A DNA stretch of 64,000 nucleotides from Eledone cirrhosa (taxonomy: Eukaryota), in NCBI GenBank assembly GCA_964016885.1, contig OZ024743.1, positions 252,464,001-252,528,000 on the forward strand, written 5' to 3'. Each line of letters begins with the position of its first letter. The stretch's first letter is position 1. The position numbers and the translations under genes were made by a program. The notes beneath the pieces were generated by a model that searched no databases, was not told the origin of the DNA, and saw only the letters and a list, made by a program, of their open reading frames with translations. Shown piece after piece: positions 25,998 through 38,358 of the stretch.

Positions 25998-27394
25998 GTA
26001 GCAGCTGATGTTTGACATTAAAGGCTAATAATTTAAAATCAAAAGAAGTAAAGGTATGTTTGTTACTTTTTTCTCAGAGATTTCGCTATCAATATCTATC
26101 CTTCGTACATCTAGAATCACAGGGGGTTGAGGTGACACTGACTGAAGATATCAAGGTCACCACACAAAACACGACACAATATCTACAACAATGGCAATAT
26201 CTCCAACGATGACATGGAGTGGTGGTATCAGGAAGAGGAATTTGAACTCAAGAAGTCACCATGTCAGATCAGATTCTGACACATTAACAATTTTGGCAAT
26301 CCATTTATCCCTAAACTGGTACGTTTTCATTGACCCCCAAAAAGATGAAAGGTAAATTTGACTTTTGCAGGATTTGAACTTAAAGTACAATGAAAAATAC
26401 TGCACTCAAATGAATTTACCAATTCACCTACGTAAAATATAAAATTAACCTGAAAACTGAAGACTCTAACATGGAAAAGTTGCTGTAAGAACAATAACTA
26501 TGATTACAGTGAATGTGATGACAATGATGAATGATGATGATGATGATGACAATGATGGTGAAGATCATGATAATGAAGTAAATACAATGATGGTGATGAT
26601 AACAATGATGATTATGGTGATGATGATGATGACAGTGATGATGACCATGATGGTGAAGATGATGATAATGAAGTAAATACAATGATGGTGATAATGATGA
26701 TTATGGTGATGATGCGATGTTCATACTGATGATGACAATGATGATGATATGCTTACTATTCATCTGTCATACCATATCTATTCACTAAAATATTTATGTG
26801 TGAGAAATTTTACTTTTAATTTTTCTTATCATGTTTCATATAAAACCAAGTCTGACTTTTGATTAAATTTTTATTATATCATAGCTGTTCTTGCATTAAC
26901 ATGGTCTATATTCTAATGAATATCATGCTAAGATATGCTTCTTCATTTCCATATTGGAACCAATCAGACAGATGTGCTGTACAGTATCGCAGTCTGAGGT
27001 GGAATCTTACACTCCAACTTGTATATGCTACCTAAGCAAGTTAATCTGACCTTTATCACAGAAAAAGGTTCTTTTTTATATATAGACATAGCTGTGTGGT
27101 TAACAACTTTGCTTTCACAACCACGTGGATTTGATTTGACTGCATGGACATTGGGTAGGTATTTTTAACTATAACCTTGGGCTAACCAATACCGTAGAAA
27201 TGAAATTTAACAAGCAGAAATTGCATAGGAGCCAGTTATGTATCTAGCTTATTATATATCAATAAGTGACAGTTATTACTGCTAGAACAATATGTCGGTA
27301 CCCAAGATTTTTTGCTAGCAGAGAAAATAATCGTTATATCAGCAGAATGAATGCATGTTTGAAAGCCATTTACCCTAATAAAATAGGGGTTAAC

Positions 27395-28012
27395 TTGTTA
27401 ACATGGTATAACATGTCAGTTGGACTCATACATTACGATGTTTTGAAGAAAGTGATAACTGGACATTATTGTAGCTGCGCATGTGCAGTTTTATAGAGGA
27501 AGTGGGTTACAGAATATTTTGACTGTTGGTGAGATAAAGGGGGAGTTGTATTATACACATGAAAGTATTGTGTGGTAATCTTTTCATGGTAGCAGAGCAT
27601 TGTTATTAAAAAAAATATGGCACATGGATAAAAAACCCTCCAGTTTTGACAAGTGAAAGCATATAAGAAGGCTGCAAAAACACATTGGAGATATGGCGAT
27701 ATATGAAGGATGTTACAGATGAGAAACAGGTACTTGCTGTAACTTTGAGTTCTTTATCAGGACAGGCTAAAGCTAAAGCACTTGAGAAGCCCATTGAAAG
27801 ATTAAATCAGAAAGGTGGACTAACAATTTTGAATAAAGCATTGGATAAACTGTACTTTCTGTGAGTTTGACATGTTTGTTCAAAACAGAGGAAATGACTA
27901 CAGCTGAGTTTATTATCGAGTATGAGAGATGTTATGAACAATGTAAGACATAAAATGGTGTTACCAGATGTAGTATTATCATTCAGGCGGCTTTATAGCT
28001 CAGGTTTATCAC
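27395..28012 (+). mobile_element. Ty1/Copia GalEa-like LTR retrotransposon 5' remnant (LTR end, PBS, gag pseudogene)
   Basis: LTR-terminal CA (27585-86) followed by PBS TGGTAGCAGAGC (27587-27598, tRNA-iMet complementary); disrupted gag KNPPVL...LEIWRY..EKQVLAVTLS.LSGQAKAKALE...GLTIL..LDKLY...EFIIEYER...LPDVVLSF. LTR start approximate. Confidence 0.75.
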
Positions 28013-28618
28013 AAAATTCCTTTGGTGTTGCCCTCACATCAGAGCTGGTAGAACAAAGTAGGATCCACTTTTGATACTTTAGCTCCTAGATCAAACACGA
28101 CTGCCTTGACACCTTGACACCTATGTAGAGATGCATCACTTAGTCTATACACACACTTTTGAAAGTGCCATAATTTCCCTTTCACTCCAGCTTCTTTTGG
28201 AGGTATTTTATATATAGATATCTGCTCATTCTTTCACAGTGTAAGAAAGTAGTCTTAACATCCATGAATTGGGTTTCCAGTGTTTCTGAGGGAACAATGT
28301 TAAATACGAGTTGTAGTGCTCCTGAGCACTTTATACAATAATTTCATTATTATTATAGGTTCAAAGATTCTCTGGTACATGAAGGAGAATCTTTCTGAAC
28401 ATCTTCAAGTTTTGCAGGCCCCATAACAGTTTCCAAACTTCAATACGCTGTTTTTCAAAGCAATGTTTTACAGCCAGATGTCCTTCCTGGTGCCAACACT
28501 TTTAGTTATCTCTTAAGACATGCAGGAACACTGTGCGGCAATTCTAAACCAGATACACACAGTTTATTTAATCTATCCCCTTTGTAATTAATGCATATTT
28601 TCATTGCCAGCAAGGGTA

Positions 28619-28659
<41 letters not shown>

Positions 28660-28999
28660 CATCATCATCATCATCATCGTTTAATGTCCATCTTCCACGC
28701 TAGCATGGGTTAGACGGTTTTGTTCCATTTGATGCAGGAATGATCGAGAGACCATGTCTTGCTCGCACGGAAGCGTCTCTGGCAGGTTGTTTTACAGCTG
28801 GATGACCTTCCTAACACCAACCACATTTACAGTGTGGACTGGGAGCCTTTTCACCGTGTCTCCTACACGGCCACCTTACAGTGTGGACTGTTGTGTCATT
28901 GACATATATATATATGTATATATATACACATACATACATGTCGACCTCCAGAGATCGACTGATGAGAATGGACTGTCCTGTGTTTGTTTTTGCTTCTTC

Positions 29000-29400
29000 A
29001 CCCACCTTTTTCTGAATTAATTCTATAAGATCTTAGCCATGCAAGACATTTTTTCAAATGGGATTTCTGGAAGTTATCCATAATCCTCAGCTCAAATGTT
29101 TTCCTGAAAAGACTGTTCGGTTCGACTTCGTCAGCTCCCAGACCCTCTCCGAGTATGTCATCGCACTTGCCCACCATTAATCCTCTATAGAACTCGAGAG
29201 TGGAAGTTACACTGGCCGCATTTCCTGCCTGGTAGAGGGCAGTGAGCGTCTGGAAACATTCCAGATGCCAGGCACCCAGTCTCAGTCCCTTCTTGACCCA
29301 GGACTGCAGCTCAGGCAAAGAGACAAGCTACAGAAAGGCCTGCCTCACAAACAGCGACCACATCTGTTTACTACTTAGTTAGAATATCTGGAGATGCCAT
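29000..29400 (-). mobile_element. Fragment of the Tx1-like LINE family
   Basis: LQSWVKKGLRLGAWHLECFQTLTALYQAGNAASVTSTLEFYRGL matches the 54749-55471 ORF. Confidence 0.9.
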
Positions 29401-30012
29401 ACCCAGTCCGGTAAGAGTTATGAGTCTGTCATCTCTATACAAGCCCTTCTGAGAGCAGGAAACTTTTCTATTAGTTTCTGGAGTATATACGAGCCTATCA
29501 GGTCTGTAGCCCTGCTGAGTTGGTTGCTCCCATACTCACATCAAAGCATGATGGGACCCTTTTTATCCAGGTGGAGTTTTCAACAAAAAAAAAAAAATAA
29601 ATAAAAAACAAACAGGACTATCTTCATGGCATGCAGAATTATGTCAATTACCTGATCAACTTCCACAATATGAGTTGATGGCTATTTTCATTAGTTTCCA
29701 CACACACACTTGACTTAAGAGCTCAAATAACATTCCTCAATGACTATGGGTGCCTCTCTAAGAAATCAACACCAATTATTAAAATATGTGTGATAACGAA
29801 ATGCCATATCATCATCATCATCATCATCACCTTCATTGTTTTTACATCCAGTGATCCATGCTTGCATGGGTTGGATGGGTCCTTTTCAGCATAGCATCTC
29901 TCCACTCACCATATTCCTTCATCATCTCCTCTGAGTTTGTATATATTTATATAAATTTACAGCAGAGTGTGGGATGGGAGGAGGTACTTTGTGACAGTAC
30001 AATAGCAACAGT

Positions 30013-30243
30013 GAGACAGCATGGTCTTATCTGATGGGTAGAGACAGCATTGGTCTTATGTGAAAGGTAGAGACAGCTTTGGTCTTATCTGATGGGTAGA
30101 GACAGCATTGGTCTTATGTGAAGGGTAGAGACAGCATTGGTCTTATGTGAAGGGTAGAGACAGCTTTGGTCTTATCTGATGGGTAGAGACAGCATTGGTC
30201 TTATGTGAAGGGTAGAGACAGCATTGGTCTTATGTGAAGGGTA
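30013..30243. repeat. 29-bp minisatellite, 8 units
   Basis: Unit GAGACAGCATTGGTCTTATGTGAAGGGTA with variant ..TATCTGATGGGTA; order A-B-A-B-B-A-B-B. Confidence 0.97.
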
Positions 30244-30470
30244 GCCAGTTTGTAACTCATTATTAGGGAAAGTTTCGGGGTCGATAAAATAAAGTACCAG
30301 TAATGCACTGAGCAATTGCTGGCCTTGTGCCAAAAATAAAAAAATTATTAGGGAAAGACATTAAATTACACTTGTCCTTTTCCTTGGCAGTGGAATAAAT
30401 AATGAGAGAGAGAGATGAAGATAAAGTGAAAGATTAAGGCAACTATAAGAAAGGTGAAAAGAAAGATGAT

Positions 30471-30536
<66 letters not shown>

Positions 30537-30548
30537 TATATATATGTG

Positions 30549-30621
<73 letters not shown>

Positions 30622-30712
30622 CGAAGGAAATGTGGTAAGGAACCAGGTGGACCATAACGCACCAAAGTACTCAATACTTGAGGTAGTAGAGTGGGTAATA
30701 GGAACCAGTAAG

Positions 30713-30806
30713 ACCCCGACAGCTGAGCTCAAGCCGTTTCGACGGCTAATTCTGGACTAAATGAAAATTTATCCTGGTATTTAAATAGCCGATCTTCTCA
30801 AGGGGT
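30713..30806 (-). ncRNA. Type I hammerhead with U3-A8 core (left arm)
   Basis: Exact reverse complement of 32436-32529. Confidence 0.8.
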
Positions 30807-32435
30807 AATTCCATATATGGTCAAAGTGATTGTCAAAAATCAGTAGTAATTCTGTGGTTGCAAATTAGTAGGGGAGATGGTGGCTAAACCTGCCAGTAGG
30901 AGAAAGAGGGGAGGGGGTGGAGTAGACCCAATCAAGCGTTGGTAGTGCCAGCTACAGCTGGGCATGAGGTCAAAGAAGATACAGGGGAGGGGGAGGGGGA
31001 GGAAGTCGGAACGGTAGGTAGAACAATGGGGGGTAGAAATAGGAAAGAAAAAAAAAAAAAAATACTGAGAGTGAAGAAAGGCAAATAAGTGTAAAGAAAA
31101 GTAAAGTAAATTAAATTCTACGACCTAGGTGTCAGGCTATTGTTAGGCGAGAATAAAATAAAGAAAGAAAGAAAGAAGTAAAAAAATAAATAAATGAATA
31201 AATAAGGAAATAAGTAAGAGAACTAGTTACTGCATGGAAATAAGTAAGAGAACTGGTTACTGCATGTAAACATAGATTGCGTAGGACTTACCTCGCCCTC
31301 AAACCCCATAATGACCCGGGGGGGTAGACTAGGGCTATAACACCCCAGTTGCCGATTTTGCAATAGGTAACCCCTGCTTGCCAAGGAAGACGTAAGATCT
31401 TCTTTGTATTCTTTTATCGCTTCCTTTATTTCCTTCCCCCCTCTCCCCTTTGTCCTTCTACCCCAGCTCTTCTCCTTTGTCGGCGTCTTTTCTCGCCCAC
31501 CCGAGGCTGCCCTTTGGCCCCATGTAGCCTTAGTACCCCCACCCCCCCTCCCATAGTCTTTGATAGATTTGGCGGACTCCGCCCTTTATAGCAGCTGGCT
31601 TAGACCCCGGATACTTTCCCCCTTTTTCCGACCGCTCCCACTATTCTCTGTGCCCTCTATATTTCTTAGTGGCACATGCCTTATTTTTTCGTTTCAGTAT
31701 TTCTTGCTTCGCTCTTCTTCTGGGCGGGGTGGATTCTGAATTTATTTCTCCGTATTCTACCTTTATTTCGTACGAACTTTCATGTAGCTTGTTTTAGATC
31801 TTTTAGAGTTAGCATTAGTATATATTTTTCTCGGGACTCAGAATTATTATCTCGTACAAGTTCACTTTGCTGCACTGGGTCGTTGCTGGCCCGGGATGGA
31901 AACCTTTATTGTTTATTTCGTGGTAGTCTCTTTAGTATTTTGGCCCCTTTTGTTGACCCGTCACCGTATCATTTACGTACTTATACCTCTTAAAAGGGTC
32001 CTTGCCTTATCCGTCCCACCTAGTTCTCTTACTTATTTCCTTATTTATTCATTTATTTATTTTTTTACTTCTTTCTTTCTTTCTTTATTTTATTCTCGCC
32101 TAACAATAGCCTGACACCTAGGTCGTAGAATTTAATTTACTTTACTTTTCTTTACACTTATTTGCCTTTCTTCACTCTCAGTATTTTTTTTTTTTTCTTT
32201 CCGATTTCTACCCCCCATTGTTCTACCTACCGTTCCGACTTCCCCCCCCCCCCTCCCCTGTATCTTCTTTGACCTCATGCCCAGCTGTAGCTGGCACTAC
32301 CAACGCTTGATTGGGTCTACTCCACCCCCTCCCCTCTTTCTCCTACTGGCAGGTTTAGCCACCATCTCCCCTACTAATTTGCAACCACAGAATTACTACT
32401 GATTTTTGACAATCACTTTGACCATATATGGAATT

Positions 32436-32529
32436 ACCCCTTGAGAAGATCGGCTATTTAAATACCAGGATAAATTTTCATTTAGTCCAGAATTAGCCGT
32501 CGAAACGGCTTGAGCTCAGCTGTCGGGGT
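32436..32529 (+). ncRNA. Type I hammerhead with U3-A8 core (right arm)
   Basis: ACCCC-TTGAGAA-GAtCGGCTA...TAGCCGTC-GAAA-CGGC ttgagctca GCTGT-C-GGGGT; all three stems pair; GUC site 32522-32524. Confidence 0.82.
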
Positions 32530-32537
32530 CTTACTGG

Positions 32538-32573
<36 letters not shown>

Positions 32574-32580
<7 letters not shown>

Positions 32581-33004
32581 ATATTTGGGGAGGGTCATAT
32601 TTGCGTAATATTGCCAGAATTAATAACAGAACACACTCACTGTTTGGTTGGTTTTCGCTTCTCGCTGTCTTTTATATCTGCGATCTAACTTACTCTAACT
32701 GACGATGTTGCAGATGTGCAACGAAAGATTTATGTAAATTATGTAAACTATATATATATGTGTTTGTGTCTATATTGTATCTGTATTATTTTTGACCGCC
32801 GGTCAGTCAATGGCAACATTGAGGACCGAGTAAGTTAGATCGCAGATATAAAAGACAGCGAGAAGCGAAAACCAACCAAACAGTGAGTGTGTTCTGTTAT
32901 TACTTCTGGCAATATTACGCAAATATGACCCTCCCCAAATATAACAATATCTGTTTTGACACACGATTTCATATAAAAAACCTCGCTAAACTAATTCATC
33001 GCCG

Positions 33005-33006
<2 letters not shown>
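32574..33006 (+). mobile_element. Extremely 5'-truncated PLE with inverted arm and truncated minimal hammerhead (32699-32732)
   Basis: Arms 32574-32695 / 32828-32949, right extension to 33006; CTGACGA-T-GTTGCA gatg TGCAAC-GAAA-GATTT-A; 3' end homologous to 13297-13410. Confidence 0.82.
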
Positions 33007-33061
<55 letters not shown>

Positions 33062-33065
<4 letters not shown>

Positions 33066-34160
33066 GGAAAAATTTGAACAGGAACAAAACAGAGAGGCAG
33101 TACAACGAATGTTTATTAATTTCACGCTCTGGAGAGTGGGGTGGTGGTGGGGAACGACGTTTCGGGCATAAGCCCTTCCTCAGGTGAGAAGTGTGTGGGA
33201 ACAGAGTTCAAAGGGTGTGTAGGGGAGTGGTGGAGAGACATATAGCGAAAGGAAACGGTGCGAATGAAATTAAAAATAAAAATAAAAATAAAGCAAGATC
33301 AAAATACAAGGAATGAAATAAAATTAAATATAAAAGCATGATCAAAGTAAACTGAAATTAAAAAGGGGTAAAACAGGTGGTGGAAGGGTGTGGGGTGTGT
33401 AGGGGTGGTGGCGGGTGGAGTGGGGAGAGGGAGACGGGTGTCCGAGCGGGGAGGGCTGAAGGTGGTGTGTGTGTGTAGGTGTACGTGTGTGTGTGTGTGT
33501 GTGTGTATGTGAAAGTAAGGGTTGGGGGAAGAACGGGGTTGCATGTTCAGGAAGAGGTGTGTGTGTGGGGGGGTGTGTGTGTAGGTCAGTGTGTCTGTAC
33601 GTGTGTGGATAGAGGGGTGGGGGGAGAGGAATCAGGAGGCTGAGGGTGTAAATATGTGGTGGAAAGCACGTGTGTGTGGGGTTTAAGCGTGTTGTGGGTG
33701 TAGGTGGCGTGTGGGAGAAAAAATTTTTTGGGGGTGTGTGTGTGGGTGAGTTATATAGGTGATTCCGTAAGAGGATGGTTGAAATGTTGGTAAATTCCTA
33801 TGATGTTTAGTAGATTCCGTGGTGGTCAAGTTCCACATACGAGTATTCCATGAAGAGATGGTCGGAAGAGGAGAGATGTGTGGTGCGCGCGCAACAGGAA
33901 GTGGTCAAGCGGTGGGAGTGCTGTGTGTCTGTTTGTGCTGGGAGGTGGTCAGAGGGCATAGCAGCAGTCGGTGGAATGGTAAAGGGGCGAGGATGGGTAG
34001 GTGTGAAAGTTGGAGTGAGGAGGGTGTGTGTGTGTGTATTAGTAGAGGTGTTAGTGGGATGAGTGAGTGTGGAGCGAGGGTGTGGGTGGAGCGAGGAGAG
34101 AAGGGTGTGTGTAGTTCTATGGTGGGAGTGTGGTGTACTGGTGTGTGTGTAGTGTGTGTA
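33062..34160 (-). mobile_element. GT-rich PLE/retrozyme-like remnant with minimal hammerhead (33154-33185)
   Basis: Minus strand AC-CTGAGGA-A-GGGC ttat GCCC-GAAA-CGT-C-GT then AATAAA; stem I only 2 bp; between TA tracts. Confidence 0.6.
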
Positions 34161-34161
34161 G

Positions 34162-34202
<41 letters not shown>

Positions 34203-34204
<2 letters not shown>

Positions 34205-35094
34205 GGGTGCGGGTGATATGTGTTCGCAAGATTACCGTCTAGGAAAAAATAACACAGTAGTATTTTATTTTTTAAGATTTATTTATCAAATTGGGTCAGT
34301 TTGTCTTCATGACTTGTTCTTTCGATCTCACTCGATAAACCCGCCATTGGCTTTGATGACGGCTTCAAGACGGATGCGGAACCGGCTTCAGGCCTTCGTC
34401 ACTGTACCCCGACTTAGGCCCCTAAATGCACTTGTGATCCTGGCCTTCAGATCGTCTTTCGTATTGTAGCTAGATCTATTGGTGTCTCGTTCCACTGCGC
34501 CCCACACAAAGAAGTCAAGGGGGTTGCAGTCAGGCGAGCTGGGAGGCCAGATGTCAGGTGAAGTGTGCTCGACGAAGTTCTCTGACAGCTAGGCTTGGGT
34601 CTTTCAGCTGGTATGGCAGGGCACTGAGTCTTGCTGCCACGCGTACGGCCTACCTGCAGCTACCTGGTCGATCCAGGGCTTTACTACCTCGCTCAGAATG
34701 CGGATGTAGCCATCGGTGTTCAGCTTGAGGCCCTCAGGGAAGAAGTGAGGTGTCATGACGTCACCTTGACTGCTGACAACACCTAAGACCAATGTTGTCA
34801 TTGGAAACTTTGTCTGCATAACTCTGGACATGTCTTTGGATGAGACAGCGAGCCACCTGTTGTTCTGGGAGTTGATCTTCTGCTTTTATTTGTCCTCCGG
34901 CACGGATTCCAAGAAGAACTTCGTGTCTCTTCCACAAATTTGGAGATTCAAAATTATTCATATTCAATTATTCTGAAAATAAATAATGGAAATATAGTCA
35001 CTGTTTTTATGAAGACAAGATTGACAACGGAAGCAAAAAAAATTTGCATAAAATTAACAGTTGAAAATTGCGAACAAATATCGTCCGCACCCTG
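34203..35094 (-). mobile_element. Tc1/mariner DD37D (maT-type) transposon, internally deleted
   Basis: TIRs (T/C)AGGGTGCGG..GATAT.TGTTCGCAA at both ends with TA flanks; transposase QQD-x37-D (WPPSSPDCNPLD), ending RLEAVIKANGGFIE; in-frame stops. Confidence 0.92.
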
Positions 35095-35249
35095 TACTCA
35101 CACACACACACACACATGCACACGCAGACACATCTATATATATATAGAGAGAGAGATATCAGGATTATGCCAGCTTTAAACTAGTAAGAAAATTATTCAG
35201 CAGAGTAGTCGATACTTGAGATAGTACAGTGTAAATATAGCAGAGAATC

Positions 35250-35690
35250 AGAGCTTCACGGCTTTTCAGCACAGCATCTCTCCACTTATTGCATTCCTTC
35301 GTCATCAATTCTCTGATTCTGAACGATTTGTGATCAACTCTCACTATCTCTGCCCAGGTATTCCTTTGTCTACCTCTACTGTGACTTTCTGCTACAGGGA
35401 TTTCCTGGCACATCTTCACCCAGCAATCATTATCCATGTGCAACACATGTTTGTACCATCACAGTCCTGCACACCACATTGGATACCTCTTAATCCCAGC
35501 TTCTCCCATAGTTCATTCAAGCTCTGCCTTTCTCTCACATTTTCATTGTACATCCAATGAAATACTGTTGCTTCTATTCTCTCCAGCCTATGCATGTCCT
35601 CTCCAGTCACTGCTCATGTTTCACTGCCATGCAGCATTGCACTTCTTACACAGACATCATACAGCCACACTTTTGTATGTAGGGAGAAAC
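35250..35690 (-). mobile_element. RTE-clade LINE 3' fragment
   Basis: EDMHRLERIEA..., GRQRNTWAEIVRVD..., homologous to 17880-18350. Confidence 0.85.
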
Positions 35691-35707
35691 CGTTTGTTGT
35701 CATAGTT

Positions 35708-35955
35708 TAGCTAAAGTGACACTAACTAATTTGTGAAAGTTAAATATGTTCTCACAGCTCAGCTAAAGTGTCACTAAAAGACTGCTGAGGACCAGAAGTG
35801 TCTTTTCCCTGTTCGAATAAAGTAACTCTGATTAAAAAAAACAGCTGAGGTCCAGATGTGTGATTTGACTGCTTGGCTAAGTGACACTGAATATCTGACT
35901 GCTCAAGGTTAGAAGCATGTTTTCGCTGCTCAGCTAACGTGACACTAACTAACAG
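35708..35955. repeat. Degenerate tandem repeat (GCTCAGCTAAAGTGACACTAA-type units)
   Basis: Motif recurs at about 35709, 35757, 35870, 35928, with alternating GCTGAGG(A/T)CCAGA units. Confidence 0.6.
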
Positions 35956-36151
35956 TCTATGTATATATTCATATATATGATGGACTCTTCCGTTGATTTC
36001 GATGTATGAGGAACCGAACAACCTATTTAGTTCATTCTGTTTGGATGTTTGTTGGGTACAGCATTTTAGATGCGCCAAAAAATTGTAAGCAAGTCCACAG
36101 ATTGCATACAGGTGATGTTTACTCAATAATGTTGCTGGTAGGTTTAATAAT

Positions 36152-36373
36152 TGTTTCTACTTTTGGCACAAGGCCAGCAATTACCCAGTACAATACTGGT
36201 ACTTTATTTTATCGACCCCGTAAGGATGAAAGGCAAAGTTAACCTCGGCGGGATTTGAACTCAGAATAGCAAGGGCCGTAACTCCATGCGTCAAAGCATG
36301 GCATCCGACCCTCTACCGATACTGCCAATCTACCGATACTGCCAATCTACCGATACTGCCAATCTACCGCCCT
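36152..36373 (-). mobile_element. Full-length tRNA-derived SINE with 17-bp TSD and triplicated A-box segment
   Basis: TSD CTGGTAGGTTTAATAAT at 36135-36151 and 36374-36390; B-box-like GAGTTCAAATCC; CTACCGATACTGCCAAT x3. Confidence 0.92.
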
Positions 36374-37201
36374 CTGGTAGGTTTAATAATGCCTTTCAAC
36401 TCCCTCTTTCTTCTTGTAGCCTATGGATACAACTGGACTCAACGTTCATAATCTCATTATGACACATAGGCTACATGCTCAAATGTCTCATATTGGTTGC
36501 TGAAAGATTAATCTTCAGTTTGTCTTTGTACCTGAACCATGACTGTCCAACATTTTCATACCCACCATCAAGATGGTTGTGCATGAGACCTTTTTGTATT
36601 CATTTGTCACTCATTCGGATGATATGACCAGCTGAGCCCAGCATAGTTGTGATTTCATAAGAAAAGGCTCAATTAACACAGTACATTCTGTAAAGTTGTA
36701 GTGCTGGTGCCATGTTACAATGCACTCAGTATTCACTGTAATGTGAAAGTGCTGTCACCATGATAAAATGTGCAATAAAGTACACAAAGGGAATGAAGAT
36801 ATATAGATCATGTATAAAATGGAACATACAAGCAAAATATGACCCCTCTAATCTTTCTGGTCATGGACCAGAAAACCCATCCAACCCATGCCAGCATGGA
36901 AAGCAGGACCAAGTCATTGCTACTGTTGATGATATATAAACAAAAACAATACAAAACAAAGACTGTACTAAAATGAAAACACTTGTAATCTATTAGGATT
37001 ATCTACCAGCAACATAGAAAAGATTATCTCTTGCAGAAGAAACAGAACCTACATATGAAACACATTTGTCAGCATACAAACCAGAGGATTCTTAAGCCTG
37101 GCTAAAAAGATTAATAGAACAACAGAATAGCAATGAGATGAGAATAATCCTGGCCTTAATACTGTGTCGTCATCACCATCTTCATCGTTTTATTTATTTA
37201 C

Positions 37202-37233
<32 letters not shown>

Positions 37234-37876
37234 ACCAACATCATCACAATCGTCTGCAACTTATTGTTACAATTATGTTTCCTGTGTACATTGACTATGT
37301 TAAGTAAATAATTGAGGCTTCAGATATTTAAAAGGGTTTGTTGACAACTGGCTTGGTGGAGCAGTTCTCTGATATATGTATATATATGGTGGCGGCTGCC
37401 AACTCGTTTTCGAGTACGGCCATTACTTTATATCCATGTAGGAGAACCCGTACCGATGCGCTGAACGAGTGTGACTTTTTAGTTCAGCCAGCGACTTGAA
37501 AACTCTGGTTCAAACACTACACTTGTGACAATTATTGATACATAGTGCTGGGCCCATGGTACCATGTGACGACAAGTGCAGAGATCTCCAGATATAAAGC
37601 AATGCCTGTGCTGTGAAGCTTTTATAGTGAGCAAAGGCACTGCACAAAGCCAGTCCCACTCTCTTAACCAAGATGATATTTACCAAAAAGAAGAACAAGT
37701 CAACATCATTGGATACCATCAGGGTTGCAGGTGTTATATCAGAGTTTTCCTTCTCCTAGAATTCTGCCTTGACAAAGGCTAAGGGGTCATCTCTCCCGGT
37801 GATTTTGGATGATATATATATCATCATCATCTTTATCATCATCATCATTTTATGTCTGCTTTTCCCTGCTTGCAAG

Positions 37877-37911
<35 letters not shown>

Positions 37912-38141
37912 TGTGTGTGTGTGTGTGTGTGTATGTGTGTATGTGTGTATATGTATGTATATATATATATATATATATGGAGAAAGTTATAGTTCACTTG
38001 AAGCATTGTGTAATGAGGTATAAACATTTGTATATGTATAATAAAGCCAAAATAATGCAGGTATGGACATAGAATAAAACAAATCCAAATGCAAAAGAAA
38101 TTGTTGACAATTAGTCTTTTACCTTAGATTTATTTAAATGT

Positions 38142-38176
38142 CCTTAATTTTCGAGATAATATCTCTTCTTCGGAGG
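38142..38176 (-). ncRNA. Minimal hammerhead motif with CCGAAGA core (second copy)
   Basis: Identical to 3810-3844 while the flanks have diverged. Confidence 0.6.
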
Positions 38177-38321
38177 GAAGTAAAGCGGTTAAACCAGTGT
38201 TCTAAATGGCTTGCCAAGTCATTTGTATTTTTTTTATTCTATGTCCATACCTGCATTGTTTTGGCTTTATTATACATATACAAATGTTTATATATATATA
38301 TATATATGTATGTATATATAT

Positions 38322-38322
<1 letters not shown>

Positions 38323-38358
<36 letters not shown>

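Larger units (their letters stand above)
30620..32540. mobile_element. 1.9-kb non-coding inverted-repeat element with a hammerhead in each arm (PLE-derived/retrozyme-like)
   Basis: Near-identical arms 30702-31226 / 32020-32540, ~790-bp interior with no RT/EN similarity seen, ~82-bp unpaired left extension, (TA)n both sides. Confidence 0.88.

Noticed and set aside
28960-28990. CTGATGAG box
   Set aside because: No downstream GAAA or stem I partner.
30013-30243. CRISPR-like array
   Set aside because: Head-to-tail repeats with no unique spacers; eukaryotic context.
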